This document shows, in pieces, positions 34,543 to 45,965 of a stretch of DNA of 46,050 bases. Where the stretch lies: NCBI GenBank assembly GCA_030167865.1, contig JALAGF010000953.1, positions 1 through 46,050 of the forward strand. Reading direction: 5' to 3'. The translations under genes were made by a program, and so were the position numbers. The notes beneath the pieces were generated by a model. That model saw only the letters and a list, made by a program, of their open reading frames with translations. It made no database searches and was not told where the DNA came from. The stretch is from Craspedostauros australis. Taxonomy: Eukaryota. Each line of letters opens with the position of its first letter. The stretch's first letter is position 1.

Positions 34543-37515
34543 ATGATTCTCAACAGCAAGGCAGCCTTCGTGACATTTCTTGTCTTTGCCAACTTGGCAA
34601 CGATCCATGCCGTGCTTCGAGGCAACCGGAACCTCGTGGACCCAACGGAAGAACTCCACACCGTAGTGGAGAAGACCCGCCTCCTCAAGGACAGTGTCGA
34701 AGGCGCGAAGACCAACAAGGGCACCAAGAGAAACACCACGACACCAACAGCAAGCCCAACTGACGCAGAGCTGTTCGAACTCAGCTCATTGCCGACTGGG
34801 TCGCCATCTGCCAGTCCGACTACCACCAATCCAACAGGTCTCCCCACCTCGTCTCCGACAGATGAAGCCACTGGGTCGCCAACAGGCCCTCCAACTGAGA
34901 TGCCCTCGATACCAACTGCCGCACCAACTCCAGAGGTCTCCATCGACTTCGATTCCACCATCGTAGTTGTTTGCCAGCCAGACGGCGCCACCACCATCCT
35001 CACACAACAAGAAGCCGGTGCCAAGACCATCGTCTGCAATGCCAACAAGCCTTCCTGCCGCAACGCCGTGACCGCGGTGAGAGAATCCAAGCAACTGCAG
35101 AATTTCTTTGGGTGCGCAGGAAACCTTGGCGAAGGAGCAGCACGCAAGCTATTCAACAAGTACGCATGCGATGATAGACTCGCTGAGCATTTGGCGCTGA
35201 TTGTTACCACCAAAACAGTTCTTGTCACTGAACGTCCAGATGCAATGAAGGAGGCATGCGTAGCCATCGGAATGGCCCAGTCGCCACCTACCGCCAATCC
35301 ATGCTGTCAAGGAGATTCGGGATGCACCTCAGTCACCGGTTCCGCCTCCAACTCTCCTCCCTTCATGACTGTTGCTATCACTGCATGCACCGGCGACAGC
35401 GCGTGCAAGGACATCGGACCCAATCCTCTCATTCTCGATTCCTCCTGCACTGGCGCGAGTGCATGCGAATCTATGAACCAGAATGTTGCCAATCCCTCTA
35501 TCACAGGAATAACCTTCGTTAGTGAAGTGGCATGCACCAGTGCACGATCTTGTGAGGGAGTGGGACACCAATCCCTTGGTGATGTGATCATCCAGAACGG
35601 CTCGTGCATCGGATCAGACGCATGCAATGCAGCCGGGCGCCGCGCGAAACAACCAGCATCATCCTTTCGCTTCCGAAGTCACATCGAGATTGGCTCGAAT
35701 GCTTGTGTTGGCAACAATGCCTGCAAGGACGCCCATTCGACTGTGAATCGTAGTGGTGGTGGAAAAAGAAGGGGTAGCTTGGCGATTGGTGACGGTGGCT
35801 GCGCTCGTCGTAACTCTTGCGAAGGGATCGGTTTCAGTGACCTGATGAGAACGGACATCGTTGTCCCTCCTGATGGATGCAACAATGTCAGTAGCTGCAG
35901 GGGATGCATGACGCAGTCCGAGTGCATGTTCGACGAGGTGTATCTTATCAGTGATGCCGACGGAGCCTGTCCAAAACGAGGCAGCAACCGCAACCCAACA
36001 GGAGAGAAGGTGGAGGAGTTCTGTGTTGGTACAGACACCTTGCCCACAGACTGTCCAACGTTTTCTCCAACTCCTTTCCCGACATCTCTTACATCCAGCC
36101 CAACCAGCACCCCAACAGTCAGGGCTGACCTCCCGAGTTCAGCACCATCTCGCTCTCAAGGTCCCTCAGACTCGCCGTCAGATTCGCCGTCTAGCCTACC
36201 GTCCAGTCCGCCGTCCAATTTCCCGTCTGGCTTGCCGTCCGATTCACCATCCGATCTACCATCTCACCAACCCTCAGCTACTCCGTCTGTATCTCCGTCA
36301 GATATCCCGAGTTCATCGCCATCCGTTCTTCCGTCTGGCATGCCGTCCAATGCACCGTCCGATCTACCGTCCAACCTTCCATCGACTCTTCCCTCTGACA
36401 TGCCGTCAAGGTTTCCCTCACAAGCGCCTACAACATCGAATAGTCCAACCATCCCTCCAGCCTCCATGCAAATTGGATGTCTCGAGGGTCCAGGAGATAC
36501 AACATCAATGTTCAATCTGATCACTGATGAAGTATTGTGCGACGGTGCAACAGGCACATGTGCGAACTTCGTCTCCATGGTTGATGCTCTTCCTGACAAG
36601 GGAAAAATGATCAAGAGCATCTTTGGGTGCAACGATGAAGACCCTCCACAGACCTTGTCGTTGGAGATGGCGCAGGAACGTTTTGACAAGATCAAGAACG
36701 ATGCGAGCGTGACAGGAGCAATATTGGATGTAGTGAATGAGGGCAAGAAGCTCTTCACAGGTAACGCGACTTTGGTGACTGCAGCTTGTGGCACTGACTG
36801 CTGCAACGGAAACTCAGCTTGCGTTGCCGACTCTACTGGCAGTGTGATGACAGTGAGCACAGGGTCCTGCATTGGCAATATGGCTTGCAACGACGAACCT
36901 TCCGACACAATCATACTTGACAGTTGCAAGGGATTCCTTTCCTGTGCTGGAGTTGGCTTTTTCTCCCCAACGCAGCCACTTGCTGGTGTCGAAGTCGGAT
37001 TCAGAGTGATCGGACCAAGAGCTTGCACTGCAACCCACAGTTGCCTCACCGTTGGACGTAATGTCTTTGGTAACGTACGAGTGGAAGAAGGAGCATGCAA
37101 CGCAGAGAGCGGATGCAGCAGGGTTGGGGCTCGCAGCAACCAAGATGCTACTGTGTCACCGACAGTGGCAAGTATCTTCGTTGGAAAGAATGCATGCCAA
37201 GGGACGAACGCTTGCAACGTTGTGCATGGAGTAAGTGGCTTCGGTCCGAAAACTGCAGGAAGTTTGATCATTGAGGAGGATGCATGCAACGGGGAAAACG
37301 CATGCAATGCCCTTGCCTTCATCAACAGCGCAGTCAATGACATTACTATCAAACAAGGAATCTGCAAGGATGTGGCGGGCCTTGAATGCACTGGCTGTGC
37401 CAGGGGACAGTTGTGTGGCGGAGATCCGACAAAAACGTACGTAATCGATGACGAAGGCGAGGACTGTCCTGGACCATTTGCCGCATCTTGCGTCCAAAGC
37501 AACTCGACACCATAA
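34543..37515 (+). CDS. Secreted cysteine-rich, mucin-like glycoprotein, paralog B
   Basis: Signal peptide MILNSKAAFVTFLVFANLATIHA, then VLRG, RNL and RLL motifs. The Cys-rich modules are nearly colinear with 1524-4622 (for example GCTSVTGSASNSPPFMT and DKGKMIKSIFGCND are shared). The central repeat is PSxx. Confidence 0.9.
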   Translation: MILNSKAAFVTFLVFANLATIHAVLRGNRNLVDPTEELHTVVEKTRLLKDSVEGAKTNKGTKRNTTTPTASPTDAELFELSSLPTGSPSASPTTTNPTGLPTSSPTDEATGSPTGPPTEMPSIPTAAPTPEVSIDFDSTIVVVCQPDGATTILTQQEAGAKTIVCNANKPSCRNAVTAVRESKQLQNFFGCAGNLGEGAARKLFNKYACDDRLAEHLALIVTTKTVLVTERPDAMKEACVAIGMAQSPPTANPCCQGDSGCTSVTGSASNSPPFMTVAITACTGDSACKDIGPNPLILDSSCTGASACESMNQNVANPSITGITFVSEVACTSARSCEGVGHQSLGDVIIQNGSCIGSDACNAAGRRAKQPASSFRFRSHIEIGSNACVGNNACKDAHSTVNRSGGGKRRGSLAIGDGGCARRNSCEGIGFSDLMRTDIVVPPDGCNNVSSCRGCMTQSECMFDEVYLISDADGACPKRGSNRNPTGEKVEEFCVGTDTLPTDCPTFSPTPFPTSLTSSPTSTPTVRADLPSSAPSRSQGPSDSPSDSPSSLPSSPPSNFPSGLPSDSPSDLPSHQPSATPSVSPSDIPSSSPSVLPSGMPSNAPSDLPSNLPSTLPSDMPSRFPSQAPTTSNSPTIPPASMQIGCLEGPGDTTSMFNLITDEVLCDGATGTCANFVSMVDALPDKGKMIKSIFGCNDEDPPQTLSLEMAQERFDKIKNDASVTGAILDVVNEGKKLFTGNATLVTAACGTDCCNGNSACVADSTGSVMTVSTGSCIGNMACNDEPSDTIILDSCKGFLSCAGVGFFSPTQPLAGVEVGFRVIGPRACTATHSCLTVGRNVFGNVRVEEGACNAESGCSRVGARSNQDATVSPTVASIFVGKNACQGTNACNVVHGVSGFGPKTAGSLIIEEDACNGENACNALAFINSAVNDITIKQGICKDVAGLECTGCARGQLCGGDPTKTYVIDDEGEDCPGPFAASCVQSNSTP
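36133..36460 (+). repeat. Degenerate coding 12-bp repeat encoding PSxx (PSDS/PSDL/PSSS) units
   Basis: Recurrent CCGTC(N) every 12 bp, giving PSDSPSDSPSSLPSSPPSNFPSGLPSDSPSDL... Confidence 0.85.
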
Positions 37516-37602
37516 AGCCTTCACGGAGTCTCTGTTGGGCCGCAAAGATCTAGAGCATTGGCACGCACGAGTAGTCGTAAGGTAGTCGTATGTCCAAACA
37601 AT

Positions 37603-38470
37603 TTATTGTATCCCATTCCATTGCCACTGTGACCCACAGGGTGCCTCGAGCCGTCCGTAGAAGGTATGCCGAACATGCAACACGAGAAACGAACACAGAT
37701 GCAGGGACAGCGCGTATCCCGCCAGCTCCAGTAGTTGTATGTCGTTGTCGCGATTCACATCTTCAATCTCGTACAATTGCAGAACACCGTTTCACTTGTG
37801 GGGAACTGCTCGCTGTCGAAAAGGTGCGGCCATCAAACTCGGTCTCCATGAAGGAACGCCACGAGTATGTACGTGTGCGTGTGGAAGGTGGCGCAGTGTA
37901 TCCATCGCAAACAAGTCGGGCGGCGTGATAATAAAGCTATGGAGCAGCATGAAGAAACTGAACAGTTCCGCCATATGCGCCCCGGCAATGACGAAGCGCG
38001 GCACCACCAGGGAGACAAGCTGCATCGCAGCTCGGACGTTAGCAAGGCGAGGCATATGTTGAGGAAGTACCAGAAGGGATCGTTGAGCTTGAGCATCGTC
38101 ATGACGATGGGAGAGACCAGGAATGGCAGCAGCCCGAAGCCTGGGGCCGAGGCAAGGCCTTGCGCTATCTACCAGGTGATGGGATGGTAGTAAGTGTTGA
38201 GGATCTGGTTGTCGACGATGCCGCGCACGATGGCGGTGAGGGGCAGAGCATGGAGTGCATGGCGACGCTCCCGAAGATGAAAAACGCGATGCAGTTGAGC
38301 AACACCGTGGCGTGTGTGAGGATGCTCTCACCACCGTGTGGAAAAATCATATCGTCTCGCGCCAATCTGCTGGTGATGTCTGAGACCGACAAGACCGAAC
38401 TAGCGACACCGATGGTGGCATCATCTTGTACTCCGTGCTTTCGGACATCAAGAGCGGAGGACTCGTGCAA
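37603..38470 (-). pseudogene. Disabled ABCG (White/ABC-2 type) transporter membrane domain
   Basis: Minus-strand pieces in different frames: LLNCIAFFIFGSVA / ALPLTAIVRGIVDNQILNTYYHPITW*IAQGLASAPGFGLL..DPFWYFLNICLALLTSE / MQLVSLVVPRFVIA..LFSFFMLLHSFII / LRWIHCATFHT / YSWRSFMETEFDG / LQLYEIEDVNRDNDI..GYALSLHL. There is an in-frame TAG at 38171-38169 and several frameshifts. Confidence 0.75.
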
Positions 38471-40353
38471 CGTTCATAGAACGTAGAGGAGAGTGCCATG
38501 CTACCAGAGTACGGCACGGCGCTGTTGTCTTCAGCATGCCATGCCAAGTGAAATTCACCTTTCGCCGGCTCCCGCTGGAGCTGTTCTCTTCGCATGGCGT
38601 GTAGAAAGAATAGTAGATTCCCGCAGATCCACCCGCAGCCTTTGTTAGATGCCATCGGTGATTCGGTGCCTGGGGACTCGTTCCTTGGCAGATGGTGCTC
38701 TTCGTATGGCAGCGCAGTCTCCGCACCGTGCTCATGCCCATATCTGATTCTTGCAGGTGGCTCCACGTCCGTCTTCAATCGATCGTGTACGATGCCCATG
38801 AAAAGGGTGGATACGCATTGTCCGCCAGCGTTTCACGGTACGCAATGCATGCAGAAACGACGCGATGCTGCGACGATGGCCAGGTGGCGATCGATTCGTC
38901 TGGTGCTTGCACCACAGGTGCAACCTCCGTTCTCGCAAGGACCAAGTGCGTCAGCAATGCTGCAGCTGCAGCGACCTGGCGAGAATCCAAGATGTGAAGC
39001 AAGTCTCTGGAGGCACTTGCCTGCCTTTACTTCATGTCTACTTCGCGTCATGGTGCAACAGCAGCAGCATGTCAGCCAGCCAATGCAATGCCCTGCGCCG
39101 TCGCAAGGCAGTGCGATGCACGAGCGCAAATCGTTCTTGACGCACCGTCGACGTGTTCCTGCATTTCGGTGACATTGAAACGCGTGTTGGACTGCCTCAT
39201 GCGTGGGCGGAAGGCCGTACGGCGTGTCTGCTCCCGCACCGTCCGAAGATGATGGGCATGATGATGGTGAAGGAGACAGTCGCGTTGGTACCGCCCACGT
39301 CGTTTGTGGAAAAAAAGGAGTCGGAAGTAGCATGGCATTGCATCGCATCCAACCAAGTTTCTCCAAGCCGGAGGCAAGTAATGTGTCGTCGAGGATCGCT
39401 TGGTGCGCTCGTTCCATTGTCGTCCAGAAATGTTCCTTGATGGCAGCACATGGATCAATCCTATCACGCGAAGGATGCAACCACGTCGCGTGCCATGGTC
39501 CACAGAACAAACTGAGAAGGAATGCGAACAAAACCAATGCCGCCACTTCGCTGTGGTGATTCGTGTTTGAATGATTCGTGCTTGATCATGTGAAACAGAA
39601 CAAACTTGTATGTGTTGTGTCTTGGATGAGATGGCGTTCATTAAGTATGACGTCACGAGGCACATGAATTAGTTAAATGTAGCGCGGAACACGACATGTC
39701 TTTGAACCATCACCGTCAATTGGCGCCAAAACCGCGAGTGAGCTTCCGCCAATCCACAAGATAGAGTTTCTCCATTTTGATGATGTTGATCTTGTCGATT
39801 TGTGTCGTTGCGTTCCCGCTCGCAGTTGATGTTCTTTTTGTTCCCACCAACCATGGCCGCCGGCGCACACTCCATCATCCGCATGTTTCGCCATCACACG
39901 TCGATGTGGTGCACTGCGTTGCGCGCGCAACAAGACACAAACACGGCGAACATCCCCTCCTGACAAGGCATCATCGTGAAGCACGAGTCATAATAGATCG
40001 CCAGAGAGCAACTCCAACCAAAGGAATCGGAAGCCACCAACGACTGTCACTGCAGAACGGTACCGAGCAGTACCGAGCAGTCGGAGGGGACTGTGCTGAA
40101 GTGGGTCGAAGTGGGTCGAAGTGTGTTGAAGCGTGCTGCATGTTGCGCGTTGACGAGCAGCGCAACTGCCATAGTCGTGCCCTGACATCTGCAGCAACCT
40201 CCCACAAACAGCTGCGGTGCAGCGTCAGCAACAGCAACACTCGCATTGCCAGCATCGCAAGCGCTGCCGTCCGTTGAGAGACACCACCACGCAAGGTGCC
40301 AACTTCCCCGCTTTGCTCCGATGCAACACGAAGCACCAAACGAAAGCAGCACG

Positions 40354-43010
40354 ATGGACTCGTCCTTCGAAAAACTGTGGAAGTCGGCACCGACGTCGTC
40401 ATCCACGGCCTCGCCTCCCTCGCCACCGTCCAAGCGATCGGACACGGACGTGACGAGCCGCGTGACGGACGAGTTCGAGATCTCCATGCCGCAGGAAGTC
40501 TTCGCGGATGATGATCACGGCGACGACCGATCGCACTACACCAAGGCGGGGTCCATCCAGGCAGTGCGCACGGACGACAACGAATCCATCGAGTTGGACA
40601 TGGAGTCGCACGTGACGCCTGCGGACCTCGATCAGCCGGAGAGCGCGCCGCAGAAGCTCACTGCCAGCCAGCACAGCGGATCGGCCAAGCGGTCGTCGCG
40701 CGGCATAGCGCGGTTGGAGCCTGTTCCGGAGCCCGATGTTGCTTGTTACGATGCGATCAATGCTGGTCTCAACCAGGCGCAGCAATGCAACGAGCGTCCT
40801 TCCACGCCAACGCGGCCGGCGCCATTCAACTTCACGTACGAGACCACCACGCGGTCCAAGAAGCCCGTGCCTCCCTTCGTCTTCGTTCATGAAGATGGAC
40901 AGGCCAAGGTGTCCATGACACCGACTGGTCACGCTCTGCGTCCATCTCCAAATCAGCAGCAACAGAACGTACCGCCACCCAAACGGCGATGCACATTCAC
41001 GAGATTGTTCGTCGCGGTCATCGTTGTCGTCTTGATCTTGTCGGCTATTTCAATCACCTTGGGTGTGCTGCAGAAGCAGCAGTCGTCGTCATCGTCGGAT
41101 GCGCGCGTGACGCAAGATGTGACGAGCCCTCCGGTCGCTGCCATCACGTTGTCGCCAACGCCGACGCCACAGCAAACGCTGTCACCTGTGCTGGAGGCGC
41201 CGACGGCGGATACTGCGACACCTGTCATGACGCTGCCGCCGGATCCCGGCATCTCGCCGCGCGACGATACGGAAGAGCCAACGGTAGCGCCATATGATAC
41301 GAGACCGCCGCGAACGCGTCACCCAACGCAAGCGCCGACGCAACAGGCTCCCACCACGTTGAGTCCGACGCGATTGGATATTTCGCCGCGAGATGATACG
41401 GAAGCTCCCACGGAATCACCGATCGGTGCTGCTCCCACCAGACCACCCAGGGCCACGCTGCGACCGACCATATCCACGCACGAGCCGACCGTGCAACCGA
41501 CCTTGGCACCGACTGCATCATTCTCACCCACCGCAACGCCAACGACTGTCCCAATCCGGATACTTCTGCAGGAGATCATCTTCGAAGCCGCGCCCGCTTC
41601 GTACAGCAATTTGTTGACGCAAGGAACTTCGCAGAATCGCGCCCTCAACTGGTTGGCATCCGAAGACGACGTGCTGACTTTGATCGACGGCCCACCCGAA
41701 AAGGTCGTCCAGAGATGGGCGCTCGCGACTGTCTTTTACGCAACCAACGGGCAGGACTGGTACCAGCTAGCTGGTTGGCTCACCTCGTCCGATGAATGCG
41801 ACTGGTTCTTTCGAACAGACCGAGGCAATACCTGCAACAATGACGGGTACATCGAAATCCTTGATCTGGAAGACAACAACCTCTCGGGGTCGATTCCGGA
41901 TGAAATCGGCTTGTTTGGATCTGCCATCCGTAAGTTCTCATGTGCTTCTGTGCGCACTGCCCACCAGCAGCATGCCGTATCCGGAAAGATGAACTTGTCA
42001 GCGAAAGCAATAGGCAACGCGCTCACTCACTCATGCACTCACATATGCACTCATGCGCTTACTTTCCCTCTACCTTCTCGGTTTCATCTCACAGGCATCT
42101 TGTCCTTCATCGACAACACGATCGCGGGAGCCATCCCGTCCGCAATCGGTCGCTTGGTATCGTTAGGTGAGTCCGCGAAAGCTACATTAGCGTGAGAAAA
42201 TTTGATTCCGAGTCGTTGATGCACGCGTGGAACTTGCGTGAACTCGGCGTTCGCACTGCAGCGTATCCGATACATGAATGACTCCTCACATGTGTATGCA
42301 CCTCTACTCTCGATAATGTTACTCTATTTGTATCGTTCTTGACACAGAGCGATTGGAGCTAACACGAAACGAATTGGATGGCCCCATCCCAACGGAGGTT
42401 GGCGAGCTTCGGCAACTGAGTAAGTTCACAAACAGCGACCGAATCAGGGATTTCTGCACTTGTCCTTACATTCCATTGTGCTGGTGTTGCTGCCGTGTGA
42501 GTGCACAGCCTTCGTAGAACATTCACTTGGCAGGACGATGACTCACCCATTAGCGCACACTGTTTGATTCGCCTACGGTTACATATGCTTTCACCAACAG
42601 CCTTATTCGGAGTGGGACGCAATCAGCTCATCGGGCCGATCCCATCGGAAATAGCAAACATGGTCGATCTCACTGCGTTGGGCCTTGAGCGAAACAGGCT
42701 CACCGGATATCTCCCGCCGGAGCTTGGAAATATGTCAGCTCTGAGATATCTTGCTGTTGATTACAACGACTTGAGGGGTGAAGCACCATCGAGCCTGGGG
42801 CAGCTTGTGAATTTGAGAAACCTCAAGCTTAATCAGAATGCTTTCACGGGCACGATCGGTCCGCAGATCTGCTCATTGGCAACGTCACGCAACACGCTGA
42901 TTTCTGTGGATTGCGCGGAGGTCAGTTGCACATGCTGCGTCGGATGCTGCACCGGTACCAGCTGTCCATTGGATTGGGGCGATCGCAATCTGAGAGGGAA
43001 ACTGAACTGA
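40354..43010 (+). CDS. Type II membrane leucine-rich-repeat protein with Pro/Thr stalk, 4 exons
   Basis: Exons 40354-41929, 42095-42166, 42348-42419 and 42601-43010 (GT-AG, 2130 nt in frame). Cytosolic N-terminus, TM LFVAVIVVVLILSAISITLGV, PT-rich stalk, LRR N-cap (QNRALNWL..QRWALATVFYATNG..W..WL..ECDW), plant-type LRRs LxLxxNxLxGxIPxEIG, and a DC..V.C.CC C-cap. An alternative ATG lies at 40321. Confidence 0.88.
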
Positions 43011-43799
43011 GAAAGCCTGGTTTTCTTGGCTTCCCCGCCTCGGATCGAATAGGAGAGCCAGATACTCTTTCTCATTCCATAGCGCTCCCATGAGGGTGAA
43101 TGTAGCTCGAATATGTCGCAGAGCACAAGCAAAGATATTGTAGGAGTCAAATCAATGGTAAACCGATCCTCAACAAGTGCTTGTCGCCAGAAAAATTACT
43201 GATTGATTGGTTCTTCGCCGCCCCCATCTCACCACACGGACACCACCAAGTCCTCCTTCGATGCTCCGCTGTACAATGGACAATCTGCAGAGAGAGAGAG
43301 AGAGAGACCGAGAGATTTATCGTCGTCTGTCATCAGTCTTGCAGATCTTTGGAGTGTATTCGTAGGCGATACGTCGCTGCCTCCCACTTCCTGACACGCT
43401 TTGTTCAGACTCGGAACGGAAAGGGTCTCATCCATGGTCGTATGCGTACATTAAAATATAATTGTGCAGAGAGGCACTTATGGACGTATCCATCCTTGAA
43501 CACGCGGAGTTCCGGTGGTATGGCCACGAACACCTGTCTCTCATGATGACCGCACATGTGGTTGGATGCTCCACACACAAGGTACGAACAACAACAGATC
43601 ATATTACGGGACGTACAACACATCCTCATCCACTTCCCACACTCCTCGCACACTCCCGCCATCCATCCTCCATCATCTATCCTCCATCCTCAATCTCCCA
43701 TTCTTCGACGACGTATCCGTATCCGCATCCAGCCCTGTGCCTTCCATCCTGGTATTCTTGTGGTACCACACCAGTACAGGACGTCTGCACAATCTCATC

Positions 43800-45965
43800 A
43801 TGACACTGAGACGCAACCATCTGCTGTCTCCCCTCTCCATCATCCAGCTCGCACATGCCCTGCTGCTCATCGCCACGGATCTGTCGACTTCGATACAACC
43901 ATTATCCATACCACTATCGTTGCCATCGTCATCAGCGCCATCGATAGGTGCATCGATAGGTGCATCGATAGGTGCATCGATAGGTGCATCGATAGGTNNN
44001 NNNNNNNNNNCATCGATAGGTGCATCGATAGGTGCATCGATAGGTGCATCGATAGGTGCATCGATAGGTCCATTGTTGGTGCAGGCAACAGAATCGGGAG
44101 GATTGACAGCACGCAAACACAGGAGGAGGCGGAGATTCAGGCAGACAAGCAAACACACAAGTACGAGTACGAGTACAAGTACAAGTACAAGTACACACAA
44201 AGAATGGAAGCAAAGAGATGGACATGATGGTGATGATGATGATGCACCACCTGCACAGCCATACGAAGTCATTGATGATGATGATGATGAGACGGATGAA
44301 GATGATGATCATGCTCTCGATTATATGAGCAACATGGACACACCCACCAAGCCAACCACCACATTCAAAAGAACATCACGGAACAGCTTCAAGGAACAGT
44401 GTCGTCTCTTCGTCGCGCCATCGACCATCCCCAACGCCGGACTTGGGATCTTCACAGGCATCGAGCTCGAACAGGATGACACCATCGGATACGCTGACAT
44501 GGTCATCCCCGTGCCAAAGATCGCATCCTCCATTCGCAATCCCATCGAGGACTACGCCTGGCATGGGCGCATCTACAGGGGGAGCATGGATGCCTTCGCA
44601 CCGGGCTTTCTGTCCCTCATGAACAGCCACCTGCCCTTGCTCAACATCGGGCAGATAGAACCGGCCGCCAACGTCTTTCCGCAAGAGATGGATGCCACCA
44701 AGTACCACTATCTACAGTCGATGGCTGAGGAGCATGTGCCACCCGGTGGAGAGCTGTTCACATTCTACGGCGATCATTGGTTCGAGGGACGGGATCGATA
44801 CAAGGGACGTCCCATGCGGTCCGATTTCAAGCAGGCGGAGGAGCTCACGAAGCGATTCCACTCGCTCGCACCTACCAACGCAACGCACGCCAGAGATCTG
44901 TGGAAGATCATCCGTCGCTTCCCGTTCCGATCCCACACCCTCCAGGCCTTCCCCCACAAGTACGAATACGTGCATGATGTCGTCACGAACGGCGTCCGAT
45001 CGCTGCATCAGCCCTACGCGGTCCGAAGTGTCGAAGAGCTGATGTATGGTGACAACTCGCGTTGCTTGGACATGATCCGTCAGGGACCATCGAAGGTCCA
45101 CAACCTCGGTGCGTTGGCCAACATGGCCATCAGCAGAGGCACCGTCATCACCGGTTCCCCGCTCATCGTCACCACCAAGGAGCGGATGGACAGCTACGGG
45201 CAAGTGTGGGATTCGTTCGTGAAGGACTACAGACCATCCAAGTCGACCCGTCACGAATACTCCCTCCTCATGAACTACTGCTTCGGACATGTGTCGAGCA
45301 CCATCCTCCTGTGTCCGTACGGCATCGCCGTATCCTACATCAACCACAGCCGCAGACGACCGAACGTGGCCATACGCTGGACTCCCAACCACGAGCTCTC
45401 CCAGCTGGACTGGTCCTTCACACAGAGTCCACTGCGGCTGGCAGATCATCGGAATATCACCCTGTCGATGGACTACGTCGCAATCCGCGACATCAAGAAG
45501 GATGAAGAAGTCGTCATCGACTACGGCAAGGCGTGGGATCAGGCGTACAAAGGACACTCCAGGCAGCAGCTGCAGCCGTTGGCTGTGTCAGTCGAGAAGT
45601 ACAACCACCAGCCCGTCCTCCTCACCGAAGCAGAACAGCAGACTCTGCCATATCCCATCAACCTGGGCCTGCAATGTCACAGCAACATCCTGGACAGCCC
45701 GATGCAGTTCGTCAACAAGGATCTGTGGAAGAAGTCGTCGATTGGGTACGACTGTCAGATCCTGGAGCGCTATCAGCATCCGGAGCACCCCCAAGTGACC
45801 GTGTATGCCGTGCGCATGATGGTGAAGGATACGTTCCGATCGTTGGGTGGGGTCCCTCGCGACTACGTCCGGTTCGTCGAAAAGGAGGTTGGGGAGGTGC
45901 CATTTCGATTTCCGATGCAGTTGCCGGACAAGATGGTGCCGAACGCTTGGCGGGATGCCAAGTAG
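43800..45965 (+). CDS. Tandem SET-domain protein with hydrophobic N-terminus (BacSET-like putative secretory-pathway methyltransferase)
   Basis: SET-like 1: APSTIPNAGLGIF..PGFLSLMNSH..PGGELFTFYG..W. SET-like 2: GPSK..LGALA..NYCFGH..SYINHS..PNV..VAIRDIKKDEEVVIDYG..W. The ORF crosses a 13-N gap, so the 5' part is less certain. Confidence 0.82.
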   Translation: MTLRRNHLLSPLSIIQLAHALLLIATDLSTSIQPLSIPLSLPSSSAPSIGASIGASIGASIGASIGXXXXXSIGASIGASIGASIGASIGPLLVQATESGGLTARKHRRRRRFRQTSKHTSTSTSTSTSTSTHKEWKQRDGHDGDDDDAPPAQPYEVIDDDDDETDEDDDHALDYMSNMDTPTKPTTTFKRTSRNSFKEQCRLFVAPSTIPNAGLGIFTGIELEQDDTIGYADMVIPVPKIASSIRNPIEDYAWHGRIYRGSMDAFAPGFLSLMNSHLPLLNIGQIEPAANVFPQEMDATKYHYLQSMAEEHVPPGGELFTFYGDHWFEGRDRYKGRPMRSDFKQAEELTKRFHSLAPTNATHARDLWKIIRRFPFRSHTLQAFPHKYEYVHDVVTNGVRSLHQPYAVRSVEELMYGDNSRCLDMIRQGPSKVHNLGALANMAISRGTVITGSPLIVTTKERMDSYGQVWDSFVKDYRPSKSTRHEYSLLMNYCFGHVSSTILLCPYGIAVSYINHSRRRPNVAIRWTPNHELSQLDWSFTQSPLRLADHRNITLSMDYVAIRDIKKDEEVVIDYGKAWDQAYKGHSRQQLQPLAVSVEKYNHQPVLLTEAEQQTLPYPINLGLQCHSNILDSPMQFVNKDLWKKSSIGYDCQILERYQHPEHPQVTVYAVRMMVKDTFRSLGGVPRDYVRFVEKEVGEVPFRFPMQLPDKMVPNAWRDAK
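43939..44069 (+). repeat. Perfect 12-bp tandem repeat CATCGATAGGTG spanning an assembly gap
   Basis: About 5 identical units on each side of 13 Ns (43998-44010). It reads (SIGA)n in the SET gene frame. Confidence 0.92.
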
